Source of the DNA: Candidatus Saccharimonadota bacterium
GTDB lineage: Bacteria; Patescibacteriota; Gracilibacteria; UBA1369; 2-02-FULL-48-14
Assembly (NCBI GenBank): GCA_016699145.1
Contig: CP064962.1
Coordinates: 150,001-182,000, forward strand
Length of the DNA stretch: 32,000 nt
Direction: 5' to 3'
Below, one piece after another: positions 16,464 to 25,893 of this stretch. Below the pieces are notes generated by a model, which was given only the letters and a program-made list of their open reading frames with translations, ran no database searches and was not told where the DNA came from. Numbering within the stretch: the first letter of the stretch is position 1; each line of letters opens with the position of its first letter. The position numbers and the translations under genes were made by a program.

Positions 16464-17249
16464 GCTCTTTTTATCGTCGGTGGAGAGCAAGTCTTTTTCT
16501 ATCAACCGAGCATACTCAAAAGCGAAATTAAATATTGAACGTTGGGTATTAGCAATAGCTTCATTTTGGAGAATAACTCCAACATTATCCTTATGAGAGA
16601 TAATGCTCATTTTATTATCATAAATATTAATCTCATTTTCAAATAAAAAGCGATCCTTAGGGATGAAATAAACCTCTCTTAGTTCTTCAGAAGCTCTTAA
16701 TTTGAAACCAAGTCCTACAGAATCATAAAGAAATAAACACCTCGTCCATATTTTCTTTTGAATTTTTTTAGCCAAATAGTGAGGATGATATTCTTTCAAA
16801 AGAGTATTAACTGCTAAATCTGTATTAGACCAACATAATATTTCTCCAGAAGTAGTCAACGTATCCTCCATTACCTGAATAATACCTTCTTTCCCTTCAA
16901 ATATAGACATTTGTGGCGTTATATCATATAAATGCTTGAGTCTAAGCATTTCAGGTAAAATCACTTCAAGATTCTTCAATTTTCTAGCTTGGTCTTCCAC
17001 TAAAGCAGTAGGGTCAACAGGACTATAAAAAAGGCTCTTGCCTTTTATAACATGACTAACCAATCCCTTTTTTTTAAGTTGCTCAAGGATAACATAAACA
17101 GTAGGACGTTTAAGTAAAGATTTTCTAGCAACAGAGCTAGGTAAAGATTCTCCTAACTCAAGAAGGGTTACGTACACTAAAGCTTCTTTTTCAGTCAAAC
17201 CCACCATGTTTAAAACTTCAATAAGGTCAAAATCAGTATTCATTCTCAT
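16434..17249 (-). CDS. TrmB-family winged-HTH regulator-like protein (paralogue 2, low GC)
   Basis: 271-aa ORF with N-terminal LTEKEALVYVTLLELGESLPSSVARKSLLKRPTVYVILEQLKKKGLV. Collinear with paralogue 1 along its full length, about 40% identity by eye. It starts 13 nt after the stop of the 396-aa ORF, so the two are probably co-transcribed. Confidence 0.65.
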   Translation of the reverse strand: MRMNTDFDLIEVLNMVGLTEKEALVYVTLLELGESLPSSVARKSLLKRPTVYVILEQLKKKGLVSHVIKGKSLFYSPVDPTALVEDQARKLKNLEVILPEMLRLKHLYDITPQMSIFEGKEGIIQVMEDTLTTSGEILCWSNTDLAVNTLLKEYHPHYLAKKIQKKIWTRCLFLYDSVGLGFKLRASEELREVYFIPKDRFLFENEINIYDNKMSIISHKDNVGVILQNEAIANTQRSIFNFAFEYARLIEKDLLSTDDKKSIKKTSLKSS

Positions 17250-17262
17250 ATTTAAACAAATG

Positions 17263-18453
17263 TTAAGTAGTTGAAGCAGCCCAAGAAGCGTTTTTATTAT
17301 CTTTAAAAAATTCCTCTAATCTACGTAAGCCACCCACACAAACACCCATAAATCTTAATTCTTTTGCTGAAGGAGATCGTGTATCCACTAAATCGGTGAA
17401 AGGTAAACTAGCAACTGTAGACATGTTAACCTGCATATCACTGGGTAAGAAATCATAAAATCTTGCTCTATCCAAATAAGGAGGGGTACGTCCAATCAAA
17501 CCAGAGATAATAAAACCAACACGGTGTTGATCAGAAGAATAATGAGAGGTAAGCCAACGAGCAACATTAAAAGGATACTCGCTAGAGCCACCAATAGAAA
17601 CAGTACAAGATTCATTCCCCCCATCGCCGAATGTTTGAGAAATTGTATGGTAATAAGCGTAACTTAAAGCCGATGTCAGATCAGTACTTTTAGCGTAACG
17701 CCTAGAATTCTTTGCCAAAACATCTAAAGTATCTTTGTCCATCAATTCTCGAAGGACAGTCAATTTTTCACGAAAACTCTCTGACTCCATTTCTTGTATT
17801 CTCATATCTATATCCTCCCGATCCAGCTTAATATCAGATAGATCAATCTTGTCACGTAACTGAGAAGGATAGAAAGCAGAAAGATAATCTTCTAAGAATG
17901 CTCTTTGCTGACCAGTAATCAATGCAGCTTGATCTAAATCTGTTCTATTAATAGCAGTAGATAAACTCGCTGTACTAAAAATTCTGAGACGAACATCAGA
18001 TAAAACCTCAAAGACAGACTTCAAACGTTGTATGCCTAATTCAGCGTATGCAGGAAAAGTAGGTGATAAAGAGCTACCATCGGTTCCAATCCCTACATTC
18101 AATTGCAAGCTTCGACGAGATTCCCTAGGACTTAAAACACGATTGGCGAGAGGGAATAAGTCAGAAAGACCAAAAACCGTGGTTTCCATCATACTAGAAG
18201 AACCGACAAAATCTCTTTCGGTCTCAGGTCGTATCAGTCTCTCCAACAATTTAGGTACTTCCGGATAAATTCTATCAAGGATCAGCTGAGGATTCCCTTC
18301 AAAAAGATTAAAAAGACGGTCCACAATTATATTTCCCTCTTGATTCAGTAAGAAACCTCTAACACCTTCACCTCTAAATTGATTGAGAGCAGTAGAAATG
18401 ATGTTACGTGCACGAGCCTCATCCAACAACGGCATCTCAGAATCAACTGACAC
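17263..18453 (-). CDS. Uncharacterised 396-aa protein (low-GC gene)
   Basis: Long uninterrupted ORF with no competing frames, and its own strong promoter. No TM helices and no motifs I can assign. The start is GTG 18453 or ATG 18435. Confidence 0.6.
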   Translation of the reverse strand: MSVDSEMPLLDEARARNIISTALNQFRGEGVRGFLLNQEGNIIVDRLFNLFEGNPQLILDRIYPEVPKLLERLIRPETERDFVGSSSMMETTVFGLSDLFPLANRVLSPRESRRSLQLNVGIGTDGSSLSPTFPAYAELGIQRLKSVFEVLSDVRLRIFSTASLSTAINRTDLDQAALITGQQRAFLEDYLSAFYPSQLRDKIDLSDIKLDREDIDMRIQEMESESFREKLTVLRELMDKDTLDVLAKNSRRYAKSTDLTSALSYAYYHTISQTFGDGGNESCTVSIGGSSEYPFNVARWLTSHYSSDQHRVGFIISGLIGRTPPYLDRARFYDFLPSDMQVNMSTVASLPFTDLVDTRSPSAKELRFMGVCVGGLRRLEEFFKDNKNASWAASTT

Positions 18454-18480
18454 ACTAAAAATTTTAGAATAAACAATGTG

Positions 18481-18514
18481 ATAATAGAAACTAATTTAAA
18501 AATGTCAATGTCAA
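18481..18514 (-). promoter_or_regulatory. Sigma70-type promoter with a tandemly duplicated -35 box, driving the 396-aa gene
   Basis: On the minus strand: TTGACATTGACA (two TTGACA copies, + coordinates 18503-18514), then a 16-nt spacer, then TATTAT (+ coordinates 18481-18486). This lies about 25 nt upstream of GTG 18453. Confidence 0.5.
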
Positions 18515-18614
18515 TGACACTGTTAATATTTTTAACAACAGCAAATAACAAAGTTGAGCTCAAATGCACTTTCGGAAAAGTAAAAACAGTTCAATTAGCT
18601 TAGGAAAGCGAAAA

Positions 18615-18690
18615 TGGTGCCCCGGGGTGGAATCGAACCACCGACCAACAGCTTAGAAGGCTGCTGCTCTATCCACTGAGCTACCGGAGC
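18615..18690 (-). tRNA. tRNA-Arg (anticodon UCU), CCA encoded
   Basis: The reverse complement GCTCCGGTAGCTCAGTGGATAGAGCAGCAGCCTTCTAAGCTGTTGGTCGGTGGTTCGATTCCACCCCGGGGCACCA folds by hand into a cloverleaf: 7-bp acceptor stem (one G-U), D arm GCTC/GAGC, anticodon stem GCAGC/GCTGT with loop CTTCTAA, and T arm GGTGG-TTCGATT-CCACC. Confidence 0.9.
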
Positions 18691-18696
18691 TCGGAT

Positions 18697-19461
18697 TCAT
18701 CCAATCTGAACATTATAAAGGAAATGAGGCAGCTCGGCAATGCTGTCCAAAGCCTCTGGATGCAAACTTAAATACACTTCCAAGCCAAAGGCAAGGATAT
18801 TATTGAAAGAATGAAAGGCCACCGAGGTCCAAACTGAACCTGTTCGACGATAGGTTTCATTCAAAATTAAACCCAAAATAAAAAGAGGAATAAAAGTCTG
18901 AAATTGCACATGGATGAGAGCAAATAAAACGGCACTGAGCACGCTTCCAAGCCAAAGAGGCCAAATCTTTACAAACACGCGATACACGAATCCACGAAAA
19001 AGAAATTCCTCCAAAAAAGGTGCGAATACGCCCACCAGAACAAAACCGATCAAAATGCCCCAAAAATCCTGACCAAAGAGAGGCAAATGCGATTCCTGAG
19101 CTTCATAACCCGGCAGCGCCGTTCCTGTCATATACAATGTCAGCACAATGCCAAGCATTAGCAAAACATAAGCAAAATAAGCCAAAAGCACCGTCGAAAC
19201 CAAACATTTTAAAGAAACTTTTTGAAACCCAAAATCATCCAAACGCGCATTGTATTTCGCGACCACAAAAAACCAAAGAGGGCAAAACAAAATAACAAAC
19301 TGCAAAAGGTACTGAATCAAAAAAGCAATGGACGGATGCAAAGTGATAAAAAAAACGTCCACTTCAGGAACCAAGGTCAAGAGGTAGACAAAAATCACAT
19401 ACAAAAAAATAGCAGTGCCAAAAACCTTGAGAAAATCTCGGAATTCAAAGCGGGTTTCCAC
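18697..19461 (-). CDS. CPBP-family (CAAX/Rce1-like) intramembrane metalloprotease
   Basis: 254-aa polytopic ORF with the three family motifs EEFLFRG, FALIH and HSFNN. Its stop lies 6 nt from the tRNA 5' end. Confidence 0.85.
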   Translation of the reverse strand: METRFEFRDFLKVFGTAIFLYVIFVYLLTLVPEVDVFFITLHPSIAFLIQYLLQFVILFCPLWFFVVAKYNARLDDFGFQKVSLKCLVSTVLLAYFAYVLLMLGIVLTLYMTGTALPGYEAQESHLPLFGQDFWGILIGFVLVGVFAPFLEEFLFRGFVYRVFVKIWPLWLGSVLSAVLFALIHVQFQTFIPLFILGLILNETYRRTGSVWTSVAFHSFNNILAFGLEVYLSLHPEALDSIAELPHFLYNVQIG

Positions 19462-19534
19462 CGTCGTGAAGGGGCTAGGATGGCTCGCATTATAAGAAAT
19501 TTTTTGCTACATTGAAAGCCCAAAGACTCTCCCC

Positions 19535-20578
19535 ATGATTGATCCCACTTTCATTTCAACCGAAGACGAAGCGACTCGCATCCCGCAAGCTCAAAAAATG
19601 CCGGAGGAAAATCAAAGTGAAAATGTGCTGCGTCCGCAATCCTTAAAAGATTACGTAGGTCAAGAAGAACTCAAGCGCAACTTAGATGTTTTTTTGGCGG
19701 CAGCTCAAAAACGAGGTGAAGCCATGGAGCATGTGCTCTTGCACGGCTGTCCGGGGCTGGGAAAAACCACTCTCGCTCTCATTCTAGCCAAAGAAATGGG
19801 CGTACAAATCCGAAACACGAGTGGTCCTGCTATTGAGCGCCCGGGCGACCTAGCCGCGTTGCTCACGAATCTACAGCCCAACGACGTCCTTTTCATCGAT
19901 GAAATTCATCGCCTGCGACCCGCCGTTGAAGAAATTTTATACAGCGCCATGGAAGATTTTTGCCTCGATTTAGTCGTAGGAAAAGGCCCTTCCGCACGCA
20001 GCATGCGCATCACCCTGCCCAAATTCACCCTCATCGGAGCCACCACCAAACTCTCTTCTCTTTCTTCACCTTTGCGTGATCGATTTGGAAACGTTTTAAA
20101 ACTGGAATTTTACAGTCAAAAAGACATTGAAGCCATCTTAAAACGCAGCTCCGACTTACTTGGGATTTCCATTGAAAAAACGGCTGCCCAGCGCTTGGCG
20201 CAAAGTTCGCGATCCACCCCTCGAGTGGCCAATCGACTCTTACGACGAGCGCGCGATTTTGCTCATGTGAACAACCACCCTCTCATTGCTTATGACACCG
20301 TGCTCGCCACCCTTGAACTGCTGGGAATCGACGAACTCGGCCTGGATGCCACAGATAGAAAATTACTTCTCACCTTGGCAGAAAAATTCAAAGGTGGACC
20401 CGTGGGTCTCTCCACCCTTTCAGCCGCCAGCAATGAAGAAGAAGAAACCGTCGAAGACATTTACGAACCTTTTTTGATGCAACTGGGCTTTCTGCAACGC
20501 ACCCCTCGAGGTCGCCTACTCACCGAAAAGGTTTACGCCCATCTGGGTCTTTCTTTCGCTAACCCCCTTTCTCAATGA
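19535..20578 (+). CDS. ruvB: Holliday junction branch migration helicase RuvB
   Basis: 347-aa ORF with [13 protein letters not shown], Walker [12 protein letters not shown], Walker [10 protein letters not shown], sensor GATT..L..PLRDRFG and [11 protein letters not shown]. Confidence 0.95.
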   Translation: MIDPTFISTEDEATRIPQAQKMPEENQSENVLRPQSLKDYVGQEELKRNLDVFLAAAQKRGEAMEHVLLHGCPGLGKTTLALILAKEMGVQIRNTSGPAIERPGDLAALLTNLQPNDVLFIDEIHRLRPAVEEILYSAMEDFCLDLVVGKGPSARSMRITLPKFTLIGATTKLSSLSSPLRDRFGNVLKLEFYSQKDIEAILKRSSDLLGISIEKTAAQRLAQSSRSTPRVANRLLRRARDFAHVNNHPLIAYDTVLATLELLGIDELGLDATDRKLLLTLAEKFKGGPVGLSTLSAASNEEEETVEDIYEPFLMQLGFLQRTPRGRLLTEKVYAHLGLSFANPLSQ

Positions 20579-21774
20579 AACTTTCCACTTTAAAAATCAG
20601 CCTTTTAACCCTCAGCCTTTTTCTGAGCGCTTGCGGAAGCAGCGACGAATTGAGCGCCCCTCTCAGCCGAGAATACGAGTCCTACACGGGCACTTTGACT
20701 TCTTTGGGAAGCATTAAAGTCTCACCCATCGTGACTCACCTTTTTGAAACTCAAGAAGGCGATGTACTCTATGCCTTTTCCGAACGTTACGACCTGGATG
20801 AATATGCCAAGGCCATGGATGCTTATGGCATCGTCAGCACTTACGAAGAGCTCGACAAACCACTTTACGAAATCACTCGTTTGACCGAAGCCAAAGAGGA
20901 AGAAATCGAAGCCGAAGAAGTCACAAAAGTAGAATACCGCAATAGTGAACTCGGGGTCGTCACTCAAATCTATAGCAATTGGCAAGTGGAAATCAATGAC
21001 GCAAGCGGTTTGATTTCCTTCAAAATTCCTCATGAAACAGAAGAAACCGAAACGCCCGAAACCCCAGTGTTGGAAGACCACATCGACCTCATACAGTTCA
21101 GCCAGGTTTTGAGCAGCACCAGTGAATCCACTCCTGAAGAAAGAAGCACCGACATCAAAAACCATGTGATTGGAAATTACGCCGATCTCGCCAACATCGT
21201 GCCAGAACAAATCACCGTGGGCATCGATGCCGTCATGGGCCTGCGCTACAAAACTTCAGCCGGAAACATTCATGTGTTCATCCCTCGCGGCTCTGACCTC
21301 CTCGAATGGAGTTATCACTATTTATACACCGATGAAACCCTGCGCGTTCAAAACACCAACCTATTCAGCGCCGTGCTCAATGAGTTCCGCTTCATCACCG
21401 TGGACGAAATCCCTGCCGAAACTCCCGACTCTCCCGCCCCCAGCAGCCCCTCAGTGAGCCAAGTTGAAATCAGTAAATTTGCCACTCTCAGCAGCAATTT
21501 TGGCTTCACCATGTCCTACCCCGCCGCTTGGTATTACGTGGGTGGCAGCACCGGTTATTCCTTCGACGATGCCGAAATTGAAGAAGTCACGGCAGAAGCC
21601 CTCGTGAGGATGGAATTCAACACCGGCGCAGCAGAAGGAGTCGCACACAATGGAAATTTGGTATCCGTCACAAAAAAAGTGGATAGCCGAAGCTTCACCC
21701 TAACAGGTTCAGCTGAGTATCAAAACGTGATGCAAACCATGCTCGATTCAATCCAGACCATAAAAGCAGAATAA
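20575..21774 (+). CDS. Putative lipoprotein, hypothetical
   Basis: 399-aa ORF whose ATG overlaps the ruvB stop (ATGA). Signal peptide with lipobox LFLSAC. Acidic Glu/Thr/Pro-rich linkers ([24 protein letters not shown]). No family recognised. Confidence 0.6.
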   Translation: MKLSTLKISLLTLSLFLSACGSSDELSAPLSREYESYTGTLTSLGSIKVSPIVTHLFETQEGDVLYAFSERYDLDEYAKAMDAYGIVSTYEELDKPLYEITRLTEAKEEEIEAEEVTKVEYRNSELGVVTQIYSNWQVEINDASGLISFKIPHETEETETPETPVLEDHIDLIQFSQVLSSTSESTPEERSTDIKNHVIGNYADLANIVPEQITVGIDAVMGLRYKTSAGNIHVFIPRGSDLLEWSYHYLYTDETLRVQNTNLFSAVLNEFRFITVDEIPAETPDSPAPSSPSVSQVEISKFATLSSNFGFTMSYPAAWYYVGGSTGYSFDDAEIEEVTAEALVRMEFNTGAAEGVAHNGNLVSVTKKVDSRSFTLTGSAEYQNVMQTMLDSIQTIKAE

Positions 21775-21850
21775 ATCAAAGCCAATTGAATGCTAAGAAG
21801 CGCTAGATTTGCTAGAATGAAATGAAACTTTTTCATCCACTCCACTCCTT

Positions 21851-23281
21851 ATGAACAACCCCGATCAATTCAATAAATTCACTCGAGAAGCCAAACAAGC
21901 CCTGTTGGTGGCTCAAGAAGTCGCTAAAAAAACAGGGACTAGCTATGTGGGAACCGAGCACCTGCTCATTGGAATTTTATCTCAAAAAGCTTCCCTCGGA
22001 GCCACCGTTCTACAAAATTTTGGAGTCACTTTAGAAAATGTGAATTTGGTGCTCAAAACCGTAGGACGCACTCAAGTTTCATCACGCTCAAGCAAAAACC
22101 CTGGCGGACTTTCCGGCTTTGCAAAAAAAGTCATTGAAGACGCCATTCGCAGCGCACACGAATTTTCTCACAGTTTTGTGGGCACCGAGCATTTGCTCTA
22201 CGCCCTGGTGATTCAAGAAAACACAGCCGCAACCGTGATCTTAGAAAACATGAAAATTTCCCCTGAAGATTTGCGCCAGGAGTTGATTCAAACTTTTGAA
22301 CGCATGAAAAATGCTCCTCTGCCCAACAATGGAGGGCCGATGCACACGGCTCAAAATGTCAATCCTTTAGAATTCTTCTTGAATGGCCTTCAAGGAGTGC
22401 TTGCAGGACAAGACTCCAAAGAAACCGGATTCGACACGAAAAAGAAGGAGAGTAAATCTTCCACTCCCGCGCTGGATTACTTCACCACCGATATGATGGC
22501 GGAAGCGGCTCAAGAAAAAAAGATGGATCCCGTGATTGGAAGAGATAAAGAGATCGAACGTTGCATCGCCATTTTGCTGCGAAAAACCAAGAACAATCCC
22601 GTGCTCATCGGGGAACCGGGCGTGGGTAAAACCGCCGTGGTGGAAGGGCTCGCTCAACGCATCGTACGCGAACAAGTGCCCGACGCCATGCTCGACAAAC
22701 GCATCCTCAGTCTTTCTATGGCCTCTGTCGTGGCCGGCACCAAATATCGCGGAGAGTTTGAAGAACGCATCAAACAAATCCTAGAAGAAGCAGCCAGCCA
22801 ACCGAATGTGATTCTCTTTATTGATGAATTGCACACCGTGATCGGGGCTGGAAGTGCCGAAGGAAGCCTAGATGCAGCCAATATTTTAAAGCCTTCCCTT
22901 TCTCGAGGACGCGTGCAAGTCATCGGAGCCACCACCACCAACGAATACCGCAAACACGTGGAACCCGATGCCGCATTGGAACGACGTTTCCAATCGGTAA
23001 TGGTGGATGAACCTTCCGAAGAAGACAGCGTCGCCATCTTAAAAGGACTGAAAGAGTCCTTTGAAAACCACCACAATTTGGTGATCATGGATGAAGCCTT
23101 AGACGCTGCGGTAAAATTTTCCAAACGCTACATCAACGACCGCTTTTTACCCGATAAAGCCATCGACGTGATGGATGAAGCCGCAGCCTTAAAAGGCATG
23201 GTGGCCAAACAAGACAACGATAAGGTGAAAGATTTTCAACGCGAACTCAAACGCATCATCAAAGAAAAGAACATGCCGTAA
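21851..23281 (+). CDS. clpC: ClpC-type AAA+ chaperone, fragment 1 (Clp_N repeats + D1 ATPase)
   Basis: Two Clp_N repeats ([20 protein letters not shown]). D1 Walker [19 protein letters not shown] and Walker B ILFIDELH. The frame is lost at about 23263-23270. The UVR-like motif EQDYERAADLRQQE continues in another frame (23224..23418). Confidence 0.9.
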   Translation: MNNPDQFNKFTREAKQALLVAQEVAKKTGTSYVGTEHLLIGILSQKASLGATVLQNFGVTLENVNLVLKTVGRTQVSSRSSKNPGGLSGFAKKVIEDAIRSAHEFSHSFVGTEHLLYALVIQENTAATVILENMKISPEDLRQELIQTFERMKNAPLPNNGGPMHTAQNVNPLEFFLNGLQGVLAGQDSKETGFDTKKKESKSSTPALDYFTTDMMAEAAQEKKMDPVIGRDKEIERCIAILLRKTKNNPVLIGEPGVGKTAVVEGLAQRIVREQVPDAMLDKRILSLSMASVVAGTKYRGEFEERIKQILEEAASQPNVILFIDELHTVIGAGSAEGSLDAANILKPSLSRGRVQVIGATTTNEYRKHVEPDAALERRFQSVMVDEPSEEDSVAILKGLKESFENHHNLVIMDEALDAAVKFSKRYINDRFLPDKAIDVMDEAAALKGMVAKQDNDKVKDFQRELKRIIKEKNMP

Positions 23282-23378
23282 CAGAACAAGATTACGAACG
23301 AGCCGCCGATCTTCGTCAACAAGAACTGATTCTGAATGAAAAATTGAGGAAGAAAAACACGTCAAAATTCCTCGTGAA

Positions 23379-24047
23379 ATGCGAGGCAGCATCGACAGCG
23401 AAGACATCGCTCGGGTGATCTCTCGCATGACCGGCGTGCCTGTGACCAAGCTCGTGAAAGAAGACACCGATCGTCTGAAAGATTTAGAAAACATCATGAA
23501 AAATCGCGTGATCGGACAAGAAGAAGCCATCGAAAAAGTGGCTCGTGCCATCCGTCGTTCCCGCACCGGTATTTCCAGTGGAAAACGCCCCATCGCCTCC
23601 TTCATTTTTCTCGGTCCCACCGGAGTCGGTAAAACCGAACTCGTAAAAACCATCGCCAAAGAGGTTTATAACGACGAAGAAGCGCTGATCAAAATCGACA
23701 TGAGCGAGTTCATGGAACGCCATAACACTTCTCGCCTCACCGGTACCACAGCAGGTTACGTGGGCTATGAAGACGGCGGTCAACTCACCGAAAAAGTGCG
23801 CCGCAAACCCTACAGCGTGATCCTCTTCGATGAGATTGAAAAGGCACACACCGACGTGTTCAATATTTTTGCTTCAAATTTTAGAAGACGGTCATCTCAC
23901 CGATGGAAAAGGCCGCAAAGTGGACTTCACCAACACCATCATTGTGATGACTTCCAACATTGGAGCTCGCAAACTCACAGAAGGAGCCGCTCCTATCGGA
24001 TTCAAGATCAATTCCGAGGCCATGGACGTGGCCATGCAAGATTTTGA
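23379..24047 (+). CDS. clpC: ClpC fragment 2 (D2 ATPase, N-terminal part)
   Basis: The frame is open from 23340. It reads [22 protein letters not shown]2 Walker [14 protein letters not shown] and Walker [11 protein letters not shown]. Homology is lost after VFNI at the T5 run 23866-23870. Confidence 0.9.
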   Translation: MRGSIDSEDIARVISRMTGVPVTKLVKEDTDRLKDLENIMKNRVIGQEEAIEKVARAIRRSRTGISSGKRPIASFIFLGPTGVGKTELVKTIAKEVYNDEEALIKIDMSEFMERHNTSRLTGTTAGYVGYEDGGQLTEKVRRKPYSVILFDEIEKAHTDVFNIFASNFRRRSSHRWKRPQSGLHQHHHCDDFQHWSSQTHRRSRSYRIQDQFRGHGRGHARF

Positions 24048-24495
24048 CCACAAACGTGACGAAGTCATGAAAGATCTCAAAGATCACTTCAAACCCGAAT
24101 TTTTGAATCGCATCGACAACATCATCGTGTTCCGACCCCTCACCCACGAACTCATCAAAGGCATCGTTGAAATCCACTTGCAGGACTTGCAAAAGCACTT
24201 GCGTGACAAACATCTCGCCCTTGAAATGACGCCCGAAGCACTCGACACTCTGGCGACCCTCAGCACCGATCCCGATTACGGAGCACGCCCTGTGCGCCGT
24301 AAGGTTCAAGAGCTCATTGAAGACCCGCTGGCTCAAGGCATTTTGGATGGAGAATTCACCGAAGGATCCTCATTCAAATCGTCAAAGAAGGGGACAGCAT
24401 CAAGCTTCAAAAAGGCACCGCTCAAGGAAAATCCAACGCAGGGATTAAAAAGCGCAGCTCAAAATCCTCTTTACAGGTTAAGAAAAACTAAGTAA
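23830..24495 (+). CDS. clpC: ClpC fragment 3 (D2 C-terminal part)
   Basis: Homology resumes at [33 protein letters not shown], followed by [18 protein letters not shown]. The last ~40 codons look out of frame; the alternative frame from 24372 reads [15 protein letters not shown]. Confidence 0.88.
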   Translation: MRLKRHTPTCSIFLLQILEDGHLTDGKGRKVDFTNTIIVMTSNIGARKLTEGAAPIGFKINSEAMDVAMQDFDHKRDEVMKDLKDHFKPEFLNRIDNIIVFRPLTHELIKGIVEIHLQDLQKHLRDKHLALEMTPEALDTLATLSTDPDYGARPVRRKVQELIEDPLAQGILDGEFTEGSSFKSSKKGTASSFKKAPLKENPTQGLKSAAQNPLYRLRKTK

Positions 24496-24588
24496 AGTGC
24501 AGCCGCTCGCTTTCTTCCGCTTGTGTCAGCCACAGATGGAACGGAGGGGCGGGTTTTACTCCTTATTCCAGACTGTGCAAACCTTATT

Positions 24589-25755
24589 ATGAGTGACTCA
24601 ACTCAAACCGTTGTAGTCCCTATGGACTCGCTTCTTAATGATTCCCCTGCTTTTACCCTTCCTGAACCTGGACAAATCGTAGAAGGCAAGGTGGCTTTTA
24701 TCAGTAAAAAACACATCATCGTGGATCTCGGGGGTGTGCTCACCGGTCTCATCTCCGGCCGAGAAATGAAAGATTCCATGGGCACTACAGAAGAACTCCA
24801 CATTGGAGACCTCGTGTCTGCCTGTGTACTCGAAGCGGAAAATGAAGATGGACTCGTGGTCCTCTCTCTTCGCCGTGCCAGCCAAGACAAGACTTGGGAC
24901 AAATTCGTCAAAGCTTACGAAGCCAATCAATCCCTCAAAGTTCGTCCTAAAGAAGCCAACAAAGGAGGATTGCTTCTGGAAGTCGATGGAATCAAGGGCT
25001 TCATCCCTGTTTCTCAATTGGCGCCGCTGCACTATCCTCGCGTGAACGGAGCCGACAGTGCCAAAATTCTGTCTCGCCTCCAAGAACTCATCGGACAAGA
25101 ATTCACCGTGAAAATCATCAGCATCGACAAGGAAAACGGAAAACTCATCCTCTCTGAACGTGCAGCTTTCGAACGCGAACGTTTCGACACTCTGGCTACT
25201 CTCAAAGCAGGCAGTGTGGTCACAGGAACCGTCAGTGGAATCGTGAAATTCGGTATCTTCGTGGCTTTCGACGGTCTCGAAGGACTCGTTCACATTTCCG
25301 AAATCGCTTGGGGACATGTGTCCGATGCTCACGACTTCGCTCGCCTTGGAGACAAGGTGGAAGTGAAAATCATCGGAATCGAAGGAGATAAAATTTCTCT
25401 GTCCATGAAGCAACTCACTCCTGATCCTTGGGAAGAAATCGAAAAGAAATATAAGATTGGTACCGTGATCAAAACCAAAATCAGCCGCCTAGCTCAATTC
25501 GGAGCTTTTGTTCAACTCGAAGAAGACATCACCGGCCTCATCCACAATTCTGAAATTCCTGGAAACCCCGATGACGCTGCGAAGGCTCTCGAAGTGGGCC
25601 AAGCCGTGGATGCTCGGGTGATCGAAATCAATAAAGACGAAAAACGCGTCGGGCTTTCTTTGCTCGAAGAAGGCGCTGCTCCTACTGAAAAAAAGGAGAA
25701 AAAGGCTAAGAAAAACGAAAAAGAGGAGGAAGAAGGGGAAGAGGAAAATGCTTAG
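24589..25755 (+). CDS. rpsA: 30S ribosomal protein S1 (four S1 domains)
   Basis: Four repeats of the S1 OB-fold pattern (G.IVEGKV, GFIPVSQL, G.VVTGTVSGIVKFGIFV..GLEGLVHISEI, GTVIKTKISRLAQFGAFVQL..ITGLIHNSEI) and a Lys/Glu-rich tail. ATG 24589 is preferred over the upstream GTG 24523. Confidence 0.9.
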   Translation: MSDSTQTVVVPMDSLLNDSPAFTLPEPGQIVEGKVAFISKKHIIVDLGGVLTGLISGREMKDSMGTTEELHIGDLVSACVLEAENEDGLVVLSLRRASQDKTWDKFVKAYEANQSLKVRPKEANKGGLLLEVDGIKGFIPVSQLAPLHYPRVNGADSAKILSRLQELIGQEFTVKIISIDKENGKLILSERAAFERERFDTLATLKAGSVVTGTVSGIVKFGIFVAFDGLEGLVHISEIAWGHVSDAHDFARLGDKVEVKIIGIEGDKISLSMKQLTPDPWEEIEKKYKIGTVIKTKISRLAQFGAFVQLEEDITGLIHNSEIPGNPDDAAKALEVGQAVDARVIEINKDEKRVGLSLLEEGAAPTEKKEKKAKKNEKEEEEGEEENA

Positions 25756-25768
25756 TCCAACTCTAGAG

Positions 25769-25798
25769 AAGAGCCCTCAAAAATGGGGGCTCTTTTTT
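25769..25798 (+). terminator. Rho-independent terminator of rpsA
   Basis: Stem AAGAGCCC (25769-76) pairs with GGGCTCTT (25787-94) across a 10-nt loop and is followed by a T-run to 25798. It lies 14 nt after the rpsA stop. Confidence 0.7.
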
Positions 25799-25827
25799 CG
25801 TACAAAGAAGTGTTCATAAAATAAAAA

Positions 25828-25850
25828 CTCTTTTCTTCAAAGAGCTTTTT
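25828..25850. terminator. Second, weak hairpin with T-runs on both strands
   Basis: CTCTTT (25828-33) pairs with AAAGAG (25839-44) across a 5-nt loop. It is followed by CTTTTT on + and by TTTTTATTTT on -. Confidence 0.3.
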
Positions 25851-25861
25851 AATAAATGATA

Positions 25862-25890
25862 TTGATGAGCTAAAGGGGTGAGTTTATACT
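25862..25890 (+). promoter_or_regulatory. Sigma70-type promoter
   Basis: TTGATG (25862-67), an exact 17-nt spacer, then TATACT (25885-90). The predicted TSS is about 25896-25898, at the foot of the long hairpin. Confidence 0.45.
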
Positions 25891-25893
25891 TAC

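Noticed and set aside
18345-18569. A 74-aa minus-strand ORF spanning the island promoter
   Set aside because: It overlaps the 5' end of the 396-aa ORF and the promoter elements, and its product (rich in I/L/F/V) is typical of AT-rich non-coding sequence read by chance.
16434-18690. A bona fide tRNA-integrated mobile element with att sites
   Set aside because: There is no integrase or recombinase in or near the segment. I could find no direct repeat of the tRNA-Arg 3' end (TTCGATTCCACCCCGGGGCACCA) at the distal boundary. Only the weaker claim of an atypical-composition cassette next to the tRNA is retained as a finding.
24511-24521. An 11-nt complementarity between the rpsA upstream region (TTTCTTCCGCT) and the left arm of the 25894 hairpin (AGCGGAAGAAA)
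   Set aside because: By rough estimate, on the order of a hundred 11-mer inverted matches are expected by chance in 32 kb, and nothing else supports this one.
24598-25413. A 271-aa ORF antisense to rpsA
   Set aside because: The same reasoning applies. The S1 reading shows four clean S1 domains, whereas the antisense product is repetitive (D/F/E/S/H-rich) with no recognisable fold signature.
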